Assembly: GCF_001461825.1 (NCBI RefSeq)
Contig: NZ_LLZC01000019.1
Location: 526,947 to 566,946, forward strand
From: Bacillus velezensis
GTDB lineage: Bacteria; Bacillota; Bacilli; Bacillales; Bacillaceae
Direction: 5' to 3'
DNA: 40,000 nt
Positions 20,302-26,739 of the stretch are shown here, piece after piece (within the stretch, counting starts at the first letter, position 1; each line of letters starts with the position of its first letter). The notes beneath the pieces are model-generated. The model had not been told where the DNA came from and searched no databases. It saw nothing but the letters and a program-made list of their open reading frames with translations. A program made the position numbers and the translations under genes.

Positions 20302-20814
20302 TTATGAAGCAGGCGATTGATTTCTTTGTTCTTGCTGTTTTTGAATTTTTAGAAGCGCCCGTTTGACCGTCGTCTGTACGGTTGATTTCTTTACATTCAG
20401 CAAGGCGGCGATCCGTTCATATGAAAAGCATTCCGCTTTGTGGAGCAGCAGCATTTCTTTTTCTCTATCCGTTAAAACGGCTAATGCGTCCCGCAGTCTG
20501 ATTCTGTCTTCTTCAGTCACATTCCCGGAAGGTTCAAACATCAGCGCCTGTGAATAGGTTTCTATAATTCTCGGATCTTTAATCAGCATTCTCTGATAAG
20601 CGTCTCTGCGGTCTATCGCTCTTCTTATGCCGGGCTGCCGGCCTTTTTCAAGCCATTCGATGACATATTCCACATCTGTAATGATTGTTCTGATGATTTT
20701 TTTATCTTTCAGTTCTTCTGAAGTAAGCACCGTTTCATCGGCTTCCTCCAGCTGCTTGTACCACTTTTTCGTCTCTTTCAGCGTGCGTTTATATTCAAAT
20801 AGTAAGTCTTCCAT
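20302..20814 (-). CDS. xpf: PBSX late-gene sigma-like positive control factor Xpf
   Basis: ATG 20814 with RBS AGAGGAGGA gives 170 aa. The C-terminus has a sigma region-4-like HTH (YERIAALLNVKKSTVQTTVKRALLKI). The ORF-track start at 20868 lies inside the upstream hairpin. Confidence 0.9.
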   Translation of the reverse strand: MEDLLFEYKRTLKETKKWYKQLEEADETVLTSEELKDKKIIRTIITDVEYVIEWLEKGRQPGIRRAIDRRDAYQRMLIKDPRIIETYSQALMFEPSGNVTEEDRIRLRDALAVLTDREKEMLLLHKAECFSYERIAALLNVKKSTVQTTVKRALLKIQKQQEQRNQSPAS

Positions 20815-20838
20815 GTAGATCCTCCTCTTTTTCGGAAC

Positions 20839-20889
20839 AAAAAAAGGACACCAACCAATGCGCAGCATGTGCGCGATTGATCAGTGTCC
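20839..20889 (-). terminator. Long terminator-like hairpin plus U7 between xtrA and xpf
   Basis: About 19 bp pair in the minus-sense RNA only, because three pairs are G-U. There is one bulge and a 5-nt loop, then UUUUUUU ending 25 nt before the xpf ATG. Confidence 0.65.
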
Positions 20890-20920
20890 GCAGGCTTTCC
20901 GTCTTGGACGTATTCTGTTT

Positions 20921-21124
20921 TTAATTCAATTTAAAGCCGATTTCATATTCGATCCGGGCCAGATCCCCTTTTCGCGTTTCGACAAGCGTTTTGCCGTGCT
21001 CCGGCGCTTCGGCGAGCCACGCTTCCTTCTTCAGTCCGTCTACAATAATCACCCGAACCTTGCCTTCTTCCAGCTGGCTTTTTAATGTTGTATGTTCAAT
21101 GTCGGTCAGTTTTTTAGGATTCAT
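20921..21124 (-). CDS. xtrA: Small early protein XtrA
   Basis: 67-aa ORF whose start overlaps the xkdD end, in the position before xpf. Confidence 0.8.
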   Translation of the reverse strand: MNPKKLTDIEHTTLKSQLEEGKVRVIIVDGLKKEAWLAEAPEHGKTLVETRKGDLARIEYEIGFKLN

Positions 21125-21455
21125 GTTTTACGTCCTCCGTCTTTTTCAGGATGTTTACTTCATGTATGAGGCTTCCGAGCTCATTTATGAACGCTTCTTT
21201 TTCTTCAGAACTTTCTCCCCGGAGCAGGCGGAGAGCCGTTTCGGCCGCCTCAAAAAGTTCCGGGGCTTTCGCCATCAATGCCGCGTTGATCTGCTGAGAG
21301 TATGAACTTAAGTTGAAAACGGCCGCGATGAGCCTTCCGTTTGAATAAGGGAACTTCTCTTTATCCGCTTCGCTGTAAGCGGAATAAATGTAAATGGGTT
21401 TTTCTTCTCCGCTGTGTACGGCCCGCCATGGAGCGGGGCTGTGTTTTTCTTGCAA
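21114..21455 (-). CDS. xkdD: Early protein XkdD, function unknown
   Basis: 113-aa ORF with TTG start and RBS GTGAGGA 6-7 nt upstream. Confidence 0.75.
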   Translation of the reverse strand: MQEKHSPAPWRAVHSGEEKPIYIYSAYSEADKEKFPYSNGRLIAAVFNLSSYSQQINAALMAKAPELFEAAETALRLLRGESSEEKEAFINELGSLIHEVNILKKTEDVKHES

Positions 21456-21552
21456 TGGTTATCCTCACTTTCCATCAGCCTCATGCCATGCTTCAATTTG
21501 CTTTTCTATCCGTTTCGCCCTGAACAGCAGGCAAAAAAGCCACTTGATATAT

Positions 21553-21720
21553 TTATACACGTGCATCAAGCCTCGCTTTTGCGTCTTGAACCATTCGCTC
21601 AAGACGTTTAATGACCGGCGTTAAATCAGTGCCTGTTTTGCAGTTCGGGCAAGGGTGAAAGACAGCGCCGAAACCCGTTTCCGTCACAACGACCTTCTTC
21701 GGCCCGCACAGTTTACACAT
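21553..21720 (-). CDS. Unlisted 55-aa zinc-ribbon protein (CxxC-N18-CxxC)
   Basis: Below the ORF-track size cut-off. Its ATG shares the A of the xkdC TAA stop (TAATG). Hand translation gives MCKLCGPKKVVVTETGFGAVFHPCPNCKTGTDLTPVIKRLERMVQDAKARLDARV. Confidence 0.55.
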   Translation of the reverse strand: MCKLCGPKKVVVTETGFGAVFHPCPNCKTGTDLTPVIKRLERMVQDAKARLDARV

Positions 21721-22520
21721 TATCTCGCCCCCTCTAATCTGTGGTTTACGTCAAATGAATTGCCATTAATGATGACTAAATAATCGTTGCACATCTCATA
21801 AATTCTTGTGCCCAAGGCTTCATCAACCTGCACCAGTCCGTCACAGGCCAGCTCGCTCGAGATAAGAACCGGCTTATGATTTAAATAGCGGTAATTCACG
21901 ACGGCGTACATTTGTTCAATCTGCCAATCGGTCGCCCGGGGTTTTCCGTTCAGCGGTTTGAACAGATCGTCAATAAAAAGCACATCCGCCTGTTTCATAC
22001 GGCCAAGCTTTGCATCAAGCAGATCAAAATCATTTTTTAAATCCGTAAAGCCCTCCACAAAAGGAAAATACAGCACCGGTGTCTGCTTCTGTCTCATGAC
22101 ATAATTGCTGAGAGCGGTCAAAAGATGGGTTTTTCCCGATCCCGGACGCCCTAAAAGGGCAATGCTGTTTTTCCGGCAGTTTTTAATCTTGTCGAAGTTT
22201 TCAACATATTCAAGGGCGCACTCATATGCGTCGACGACTGCCTGAGGCTTGCCCCGCGTGATAAATCCTTTGAAATCCAGCTTCCGAAAGGCATCTGTAA
22301 TCTCACTTGCGCTGAGGATGCGCTCTGCTTTTCGTTCGGCGGCGCAGCGGCACTTAACCCACACATCCATTCCCAGCTGGTTTTTGAGATAACCGCCCTG
22401 ATCTTTACAGAGCGGACAGTCAAAGCGGCTTTCGTCTGATTCTTCCGGTCTGTCCGCCAGTAATGGACGTTTTCCGTTTTTCAGGTCGGCCAGTATTTGC
22501 TCGATCGTTCGTTTTGTCAT
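21720..22520 (-). CDS. xkdC: DnaC/IstB-like AAA+ helicase-loader protein XkdC
   Basis: ATG 22520 with RBS AGAGAGGAA gives 266 aa. Walker A motif LLGRPGSGKTHLL and Walker B motif VLFIDD. It overlaps the 3' end of xkdB by 101 nt. Confidence 0.85.
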   Translation of the reverse strand: MTKRTIEQILADLKNGKRPLLADRPEESDESRFDCPLCKDQGGYLKNQLGMDVWVKCRCAAERKAERILSASEITDAFRKLDFKGFITRGKPQAVVDAYECALEYVENFDKIKNCRKNSIALLGRPGSGKTHLLTALSNYVMRQKQTPVLYFPFVEGFTDLKNDFDLLDAKLGRMKQADVLFIDDLFKPLNGKPRATDWQIEQMYAVVNYRYLNHKPVLISSELACDGLVQVDEALGTRIYEMCNDYLVIINGNSFDVNHRLEGAR

Positions 22521-23247
22521 GTATCGTATTCCTCTCTTTTTTTGTTGTGATTGTCCTTCCCGCAATTCGTGCATTCAAGCGGTCTTCCATATACTTGGCG
22601 CAATAGCTGAAAGCCTTGATCGTTTCAGCTGAAGAGGTGCGCCGCTGTTCAAAAGCGGTAAAGCATTCGCCGAGCCATTTGATTGCTTCTTGTGCTGACG
22701 CACCGAGGGAAACAATACGGGCGATGGCCTGATAATCCCGGGGCGAGGGGTATACGCTCCGCCCCTCCTGTGCAGACCTTAATCTGATAAAATGGGCGGC
22801 AATGTCGTTAATCGCTTCTTCAGCAGTATGATTTTTTGTTATATCTATTTCTCTCCGGACATTTTTGTCCCGGTGATCCGCCGATATTGTCCGGTCTGTG
22901 ACTTCCGGGCGGGTCAATGTCTTTTTCGGCGTGAATCTTTTCGAGTGCTTTACGGAGACGATGAGTCCGTAAGGGGCGCGGACGGTTTTGATATATTCAT
23001 GCTGTTCCAAAACCTCAAGCCACCGTCTGACGGTTTTTTCGCTGACGGCAAATACGTCGGCCATTTCTTTTGCTTTTACGGGCTTATGACCGAGGACGAT
23101 CCCCCACTTTACGCCGTCTTTTACGTGTTCCTTTGTCGTTGAGCTGATGAACCATAAAAACAGCCATATGGCGGACCCTATCTTTTCATAATGTTCTGAA
23201 TTCAATAATCCGGAATAGATGAAAAACGGGTAGCTTTTACGATTCAT
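22420..23247 (-). CDS. xkdB: DnaD/replisome-organiser-like early protein XkdB
   Basis: 275-aa ORF with a winged-helix-like segment (EMADVFAVSEKTVRRWLEVLEQHEYI). Confidence 0.8.
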   Translation of the reverse strand: MNRKSYPFFIYSGLLNSEHYEKIGSAIWLFLWFISSTTKEHVKDGVKWGIVLGHKPVKAKEMADVFAVSEKTVRRWLEVLEQHEYIKTVRAPYGLIVSVKHSKRFTPKKTLTRPEVTDRTISADHRDKNVRREIDITKNHTAEEAINDIAAHFIRLRSAQEGRSVYPSPRDYQAIARIVSLGASAQEAIKWLGECFTAFEQRRTSSAETIKAFSYCAKYMEDRLNARIAGRTITTKKERNTIHDKTNDRANTGRPEKRKTSITGGQTGRIRRKPL

Positions 23248-23416
23248 ATTGGACGTCTCCGTTTTTCTTCAGACTTATATAGCGTTCATACTGCAATCGG
23301 TTATCAAATCGGAATACCGGAAGTCCGCAAGCGGTAAAAGATATCGAACCGCCTGCTTTTCCTAAACATCTCTGGTCAGCCGGATTGCTGCTGAAACGGA
23401 TGATTATCGGCTGCAT
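23237..23416 (-). CDS. Unlisted 59-aa ORF, predicted first cistron of the Xre-controlled early operon
   Basis: Below the ORF-track cut-off. RBS AGGAGGGTG lies 7 nt before ATG 23416, and the stop overlaps the xkdB start. The ORF begins about 56 nt downstream of the predicted early transcription start. Hand translation gives MQPIIIRFSSNPADQRCLGKAGGSISFTACGLPVFRFDNRLQYERYISLKKNGDVQYES. Confidence 0.5.
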   Translation of the reverse strand: MQPIIIRFSSNPADQRCLGKAGGSISFTACGLPVFRFDNRLQYERYISLKKNGDVQYES

Positions 23417-23451
23417 CTCTCACCCTCCTGATCAATTTCTTATCGTATTTT

Positions 23452-23466
23452 GATACATTACGTATC
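23452..23466. promoter_or_regulatory. Xre operator O-a, GATACATTACGTATC
   Basis: Perfect GATAC-N5-GTATC palindrome at about +6 to +20 of the predicted early promoter. Confidence 0.75.
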
Positions 23467-23478
23467 CTTATGTTGTTG

Positions 23479-23507
23479 ATTATATACGATACATTTCGTA
23501 TCATCAA
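23479..23507 (-). promoter_or_regulatory. Early-operon sigma-A promoter, TTGATG-17-TATAAT
   Basis: On the minus strand the -35 box is at 23502-23507, the -10 box at 23479-23484, and the spacer is exactly 17 nt. Confidence 0.65.
23488..23502. promoter_or_regulatory. Xre operator O-b, GATACATTTCGTATC
   Basis: Perfect palindrome filling the spacer of the early promoter and touching its -35 box. Confidence 0.75.
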
Positions 23508-23516
23508 GACCTTTTT

Positions 23517-23531
23517 GATACTTTTTTTATC
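23517..23531. promoter_or_regulatory. Xre operator O-c, GATACTTTTTTTATC (one mismatch)
   Basis: Same 15-bp architecture, located between the two divergent promoters. Confidence 0.6.
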
Positions 23532-23544
23532 ATCTCTTTATTTT

Positions 23545-23559
23545 GATACATTTTGTATC
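23545..23559. promoter_or_regulatory. Xre operator O-d, GATACATTTTGTATC
   Basis: Perfect palindrome abutting the xre -10 box. Confidence 0.75.
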
Positions 23560-23565
23560 TATAAT
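23560..23565 (+). promoter_or_regulatory. -10 box (TATAAT) of the xre promoter
   Basis: Consensus hexamer 41 nt upstream of the xre ATG. The -35 region is weak (TTTATT). Confidence 0.5.
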
Positions 23566-23606
23566 CATAAGTAACTTAGGGTGTTGAAAAAAGAGAGGTC
23601 ATTCGG

Positions 23607-23945
23607 ATGATAGGCGGAAGATTAAAGAGTCTCAGAGGAAAGAAAACGCAGGAAGAAGTCGCAAATCATATCGGTGTCTCGCGCGCCAGATATTCTCATT
23701 ATGAAAACGGCCGATCTGAACCCGATTACGACACGCTGCAAAAGCTTGCGGATTATTTCAAAGTGTCGACTGATTATTTGTTAACCGGAAAAGAACCTTC
23801 AGATGAAGACATGTTTGCCGATCCCGACCTGCAGATTGCATATCGGGACATGCAGGACTTTTCGCCGGAAAGCAAGCAGCAGGCCATTGAATTCATTAAT
23901 TATTTAAAAGAAAAAGAGAAAAACCGCAGGCCGAAACATAAATAA
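23607..23945 (+). CDS. xre: PBSX repressor Xre (HTH_XRE family)
   Basis: 112-aa ORF with [24 protein letters not shown] and RBS AAGAGAGG; the operators lie immediately upstream. Confidence 0.95.
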   Translation: MIGGRLKSLRGKKTQEEVANHIGVSRARYSHYENGRSEPDYDTLQKLADYFKVSTDYLLTGKEPSDEDMFADPDLQIAYRDMQDFSPESKQQAIEFINYLKEKEKNRRPKHK

Positions 23946-24064
23946 TCCGCTCTTTTCCTTTAAATTGCTTAACGTTCAGCCGATATAAAAGATGAATGTT
24001 TATTTTTAAAAGAAAAGGGAATTGATTCAAAGTCCGATCAGGGCTTTTCTTTCTCGCTTAAAAA

Positions 24065-24078
24065 AGAACATATGTTCG
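24065..24078. promoter_or_regulatory. Cheo (LexA/SOS) box, AGAACATATGTTCG
   Basis: Perfect GAAC-N4-GTTC palindrome with an ATAT core, 16 nt upstream of the xkdA TTG start. Confidence 0.7.
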
Positions 24079-24093
24079 AAAGGGTGTATTCAA

Positions 24094-24684
24094 TTGGGCG
24101 ATTTTTTAACACATCTTGAGGAATACGTCAAAAACTTATATTGCCGCATGGGAATGACCGCCCCTCTCCATATTGATATGCAGATGATTGCCAAGGAGCT
24201 TGACATTTGGATTCATTTTGAAGATACGCACAGTATGATGCTGAAGCGGGACGGCATGTACAGCATCGTCCTGAATCAAAAAAAGTCACCCGAAGAGCAA
24301 TGGCAGGATTTTGCGCACGAACTGTGCCATGTGCTGAAGCATACCGGCAACCATTTTCATATGAACAAGCTGTTCAGGGAACTGCAGGAATTTCAGGCCA
24401 ACCATTTTATGTACCACTTCTGTGTGCCGACCTTTATGCTGTTAAACATGGAGCTTCCCCAGCGGAGAAGCCATGCCGTTATTTTAATCGCAGCCGCTTT
24501 CCGGGTGACGGCATCATTTGCGGAAAAAAGGCTGGAGCTGTTTGAACGGCGTAAAGCAGGTATTCAATTTCAGAAGCGGCTCGCTTGTCTGTTATCCGAC
24601 AAGCGGCCGAATGGGTATTATGAAAGCGGACAGACACACTTGCATGCCGCTGAAGAAAAAACGCCGTATTTTATTGAAAACTAG
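24094..24684 (+). CDS. xkdA: ImmA/IrrE-family zinc metalloprotease XkdA
   Basis: HEXXH motif HELCH at 24316-24330. I prefer TTG 24094 (RBS AAAGGGTG 7 nt upstream). The ORF-track start at 24022 would include the LexA box. Confidence 0.8.
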   Translation: MGDFLTHLEEYVKNLYCRMGMTAPLHIDMQMIAKELDIWIHFEDTHSMMLKRDGMYSIVLNQKKSPEEQWQDFAHELCHVLKHTGNHFHMNKLFRELQEFQANHFMYHFCVPTFMLLNMELPQRRSHAVILIAAAFRVTASFAEKRLELFERRKAGIQFQKRLACLLSDKRPNGYYESGQTHLHAAEEKTPYFIEN

Positions 24685-24685
24685 C

Positions 24686-24715
24686 GGCACTCTGCGGGAA
24701 GAGTGTCAGCATTTT
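24686..24715 (+). terminator. Weak hairpin between the convergent xkdA and yjqC genes
   Basis: GGCACTCT-GCGGGA-AGAGTGTC followed by AGCATTTTG; it overlaps the last yjqC codons. Confidence 0.3.
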
Positions 24716-25542
24716 GACATCGGAAGAAGTGTATTGTGAAGCCACATTGGCGCCGGTTTAAGATGAGGCGCAGATGCGAACGCGACCGGGACCGAAATAT
24801 ACCTGAACTCGCCCCGTCCGTCAAAGGCTTCACCGCGGGCCCATCTTCCTTGTGAACTCTCATCTCCTCTGGAAAAGTTAAACAGGTCATACGACACTTC
24901 CTGCTTTTCGAGTTCACGCGGAAACGTCGCAGGCACGACAATGTCCCGTTCTCTTTCTTCCAGCTCTTTTATCGCCGCGTACCACATATTTTGATGATAC
25001 GTATCTCTTGCAATTAAAAAGGACAGCATATCCCTGACACCCGGATCGTCAGTCATCGCATACAGCCGGGTCACCTGAAGGCGTCCCTGGGATTCCGCAT
25101 TTAAATTTGCCCGAAAATCTGCAAGTAAATTCCCGCTGGAAATAATGTATTTCGCATTCCAAGGGTATCCTTCAGCGTCAGCCGCCATTGCGCCTAAACC
25201 TGCAACAATGGCGTGCTGCGGATTCATTCCCCCCATAACAGCCGCGACGGCCGGGTCACTTTTATAGGCATTTTCCTGCACATCAGCCGGCGCATCGTCC
25301 AAAAGCCTTGAAATCATCGTCGCAAGCATTTCCACATGTCCGATCTCTTCCGTTCCGACATCATGCAGCAAATCTCTATATTTTTCATCGGCACGGCAGT
25401 TAAAGCCTTGAAACAAATATTGCATCATGACGCTGATCTCACCGTACTGCCCTCCAAGTACTTCTTGAAGCTTTTTCGCGTAAGCCGGATCAGGACAAGA
25501 CGGCTTTGCGCGGTATTGAAGCTCTTTAATATGATAAAACAT
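24706..25542 (-). CDS. yjqC: Manganese catalase
   Basis: ATG 25542 (RBS AATGGGGGA) gives 278 aa. Sequence MFYHIKELQYRAKPSCPDPAYAKKLQEVLGGQYGEISVMMQYLFQGFN is the typical Mn-catalase N-terminus. Confidence 0.9.
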   Translation of the reverse strand: MFYHIKELQYRAKPSCPDPAYAKKLQEVLGGQYGEISVMMQYLFQGFNCRADEKYRDLLHDVGTEEIGHVEMLATMISRLLDDAPADVQENAYKSDPAVAAVMGGMNPQHAIVAGLGAMAADAEGYPWNAKYIISSGNLLADFRANLNAESQGRLQVTRLYAMTDDPGVRDMLSFLIARDTYHQNMWYAAIKELEERERDIVVPATFPRELEKQEVSYDLFNFSRGDESSQGRWARGEAFDGRGEFRYISVPVAFASAPHLKPAPMWLHNTLLPMSKC

Positions 25543-25550
25543 ACTATTCC

Positions 25551-25589
25551 CCCATTCTTTCAAACAATCTTAGTGTATGAAAGAATGGG
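25551..25589 (-). promoter_or_regulatory. Perfect 12-bp inverted repeat (CCCATTCTTTCA-N15-TGAAAGAATGGG) in the yjqB-yjqC spacer
   Basis: Hand pairing of 25551-25562 with 25578-25589. The promoter-distal arm overlaps the yjqC Shine-Dalgarno G-run. Confidence 0.5.
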
Positions 25590-25612
25590 CAGGCGGTGCG
25601 AGTCCGTTTTCT

Positions 25613-26224
25613 TTACTCATAAAAACCGGCCTTCACGGCTTCTACATACCGAAAAAACAGATCGGTTGGCGTATATTTTTCTCCCCGGCAGCCAAAATTG
25701 CTGAACAGCGCGTGTCTCTGCGCCGTGCTCACTTCCAATTGCAGCCCCATTTTCCTTTTTGTCCGATTGACAATGTTGCCGGGATTTACACCTGCCAGCC
25801 GATCGTTCTTCTCTGTCAGCTCGGCATCAAACCCCGCTTCACGCAGCAGATCACAAATCAGTCTTGCTTTTTCCAGATCCGCGCCCCCGACGAGTGTATT
25901 TGCCTTTTTCAGATCATGATACCCGTGAAAAGCCAATCCGTAATGATGGGCGTTCACTTTTTCTAAAGCCAGGGGTTCGTCAAAGCGTGTGCTTGTCAAG
26001 TGGAGAGAACGGTTATTGCACCGCTTCGTTCCTTCAAATAAATAAATTGAGCTTTGGTCAGAAAATGCCCGCACCAACTCACTGACTCCCGGCTCAATCC
26101 TGCCGCCGTGGGGAGCGAGGACGATACATTTACTTCCCTCTTTTTCTTCATAAATAATTCTGTATTCCGATTCAGCAGCTGAAAGGGCTGCGAAATTGTC
26201 ATATCTATCTTTCATGTGTAACAT
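25613..26224 (-). CDS. yjqB: Poly-gamma-glutamate hydrolase family protein (PghP-like)
   Basis: 203-aa ORF. The sequence ...[17 protein letters not shown]...GLAFHGY... resembles the phage PghP zinc-hydrolase family. The start may instead be the second ATG at 26215. Confidence 0.8.
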   Translation of the reverse strand: MLHMKDRYDNFAALSAAESEYRIIYEEKEGSKCIVLAPHGGRIEPGVSELVRAFSDQSSIYLFEGTKRCNNRSLHLTSTRFDEPLALEKVNAHHYGLAFHGYHDLKKANTLVGGADLEKARLICDLLREAGFDAELTEKNDRLAGVNPGNIVNRTKRKMGLQLEVSTAQRHALFSNFGCRGEKYTPTDLFFRYVEAVKAGFYE

Positions 26225-26324
26225 GCTCTCCTTTTCCAGTCAGCACCAGTTTACTCTACTCATCTGGGAATGGAAACCTTTTTATAGTATGATTTGATAG
26301 AATACGTATCAGGGGGGATATATC

Positions 26325-26702
26325 ATGGGGTTCATCAATGGATTGCTGGGCAATGCGTCGACAATATCGACGGCTGAAGCAAAAGAAGAACTGGCCCGTA
26401 TTCTGCTGGAAGGTGAGAATGTCAACGCCGCGTTTAAGCTCGTACGAGATATCATTGTCTTTACGGATAAGCGTCTTATTCTTGTTGATAAACAGGGACT
26501 CACGGGGAAGAAAACGGAGATTCAATCCATTCCGTACAAGAGCATTTCCAGATTCAGCGTAGAAACCGCCGGCCGCTTTGACCTTGATTCAGAGCTGAAA
26601 ATTTGGATTTCAGGAGCGGAACTTCCCGCTGTCTCAAAGCAGTTTAAAAAAGATGAAAGCATTTATGATATTCAAAAGGCCCTTGCCGCAGTTTGTATGT
26701 AA
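26325..26702 (+). CDS. yjqA: Bacterial PH-domain protein YjqA
   Basis: 125-aa ORF with RBS AGGGGGGA. The sequence MGFINGLLGNAS...VFTDKRLILVDKQG is typical of the bPH family. Confidence 0.85.
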   Translation: MGFINGLLGNASTISTAEAKEELARILLEGENVNAAFKLVRDIIVFTDKRLILVDKQGLTGKKTEIQSIPYKSISRFSVETAGRFDLDSELKIWISGAELPAVSKQFKKDESIYDIQKALAAVCM

Positions 26703-26706
26703 GAAG

Positions 26707-26737
26707 AAACGGAAGCCCGGGGAGCTTCCGTTTTATT
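26707..26737. terminator. Bidirectional terminator between yjqA and xlyB
   Basis: AAACGGAAGC-CCGGGGA-GCTTCCGTTT followed by TATT. Confidence 0.7.
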
Positions 26738-26739
26738 GA

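Larger units (their letters stand above)
1..24684. mobile_element. PBSX-like defective prophage / phage-tail-like particle cluster; left end lies beyond the window
   Basis: Continuous series of terminase, portal, capsid, sheath, tube, tape measure, baseplate and fibre genes plus the xre/xkdA switch, in the gene order I remember for B. subtilis PBSX. No integrase or att repeat seen at the right boundary. Confidence 0.85.

Noticed and set aside
22420-22574. Possible programmed frameshift fusing xkdB and xkdC
   Set aside because: I saw no slippery heptamer in the overlap, and xkdC has its own RBS and ATG. Independent initiation is simpler.
24022-24093. Longer xkdA start (TTG 24022)
   Set aside because: It would translate through the LexA box. 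A better RBS precedes TTG 24094. The choice is uncertain; only N-terminal mapping can decide.
24685-24705. Searched the right prophage boundary for an att site, integrase or tRNA
   Set aside because: Only 21 nt separate xkdA and yjqC, with no repeat and no recombinase anywhere in the window. This is consistent with the non-excising PBSX type.
24518-24941. ORFs 24518-24739 (+) and 24681-24941 (-) around the xkdA/yjqC junction
   Set aside because: Both overlap well-supported genes in other frames or on the other strand, and neither has an RBS or a recognisable motif.
26225-26324. Candidate promoters for yjqA (TG-n-TAGAAT at 26295-26303, TATAGT at 26283-26288) and the divergent yjqB
   Set aside because: The -35 regions are poor, and the extended -10 box would leave almost no leader before the RBS. 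The support is too weak to report as features.
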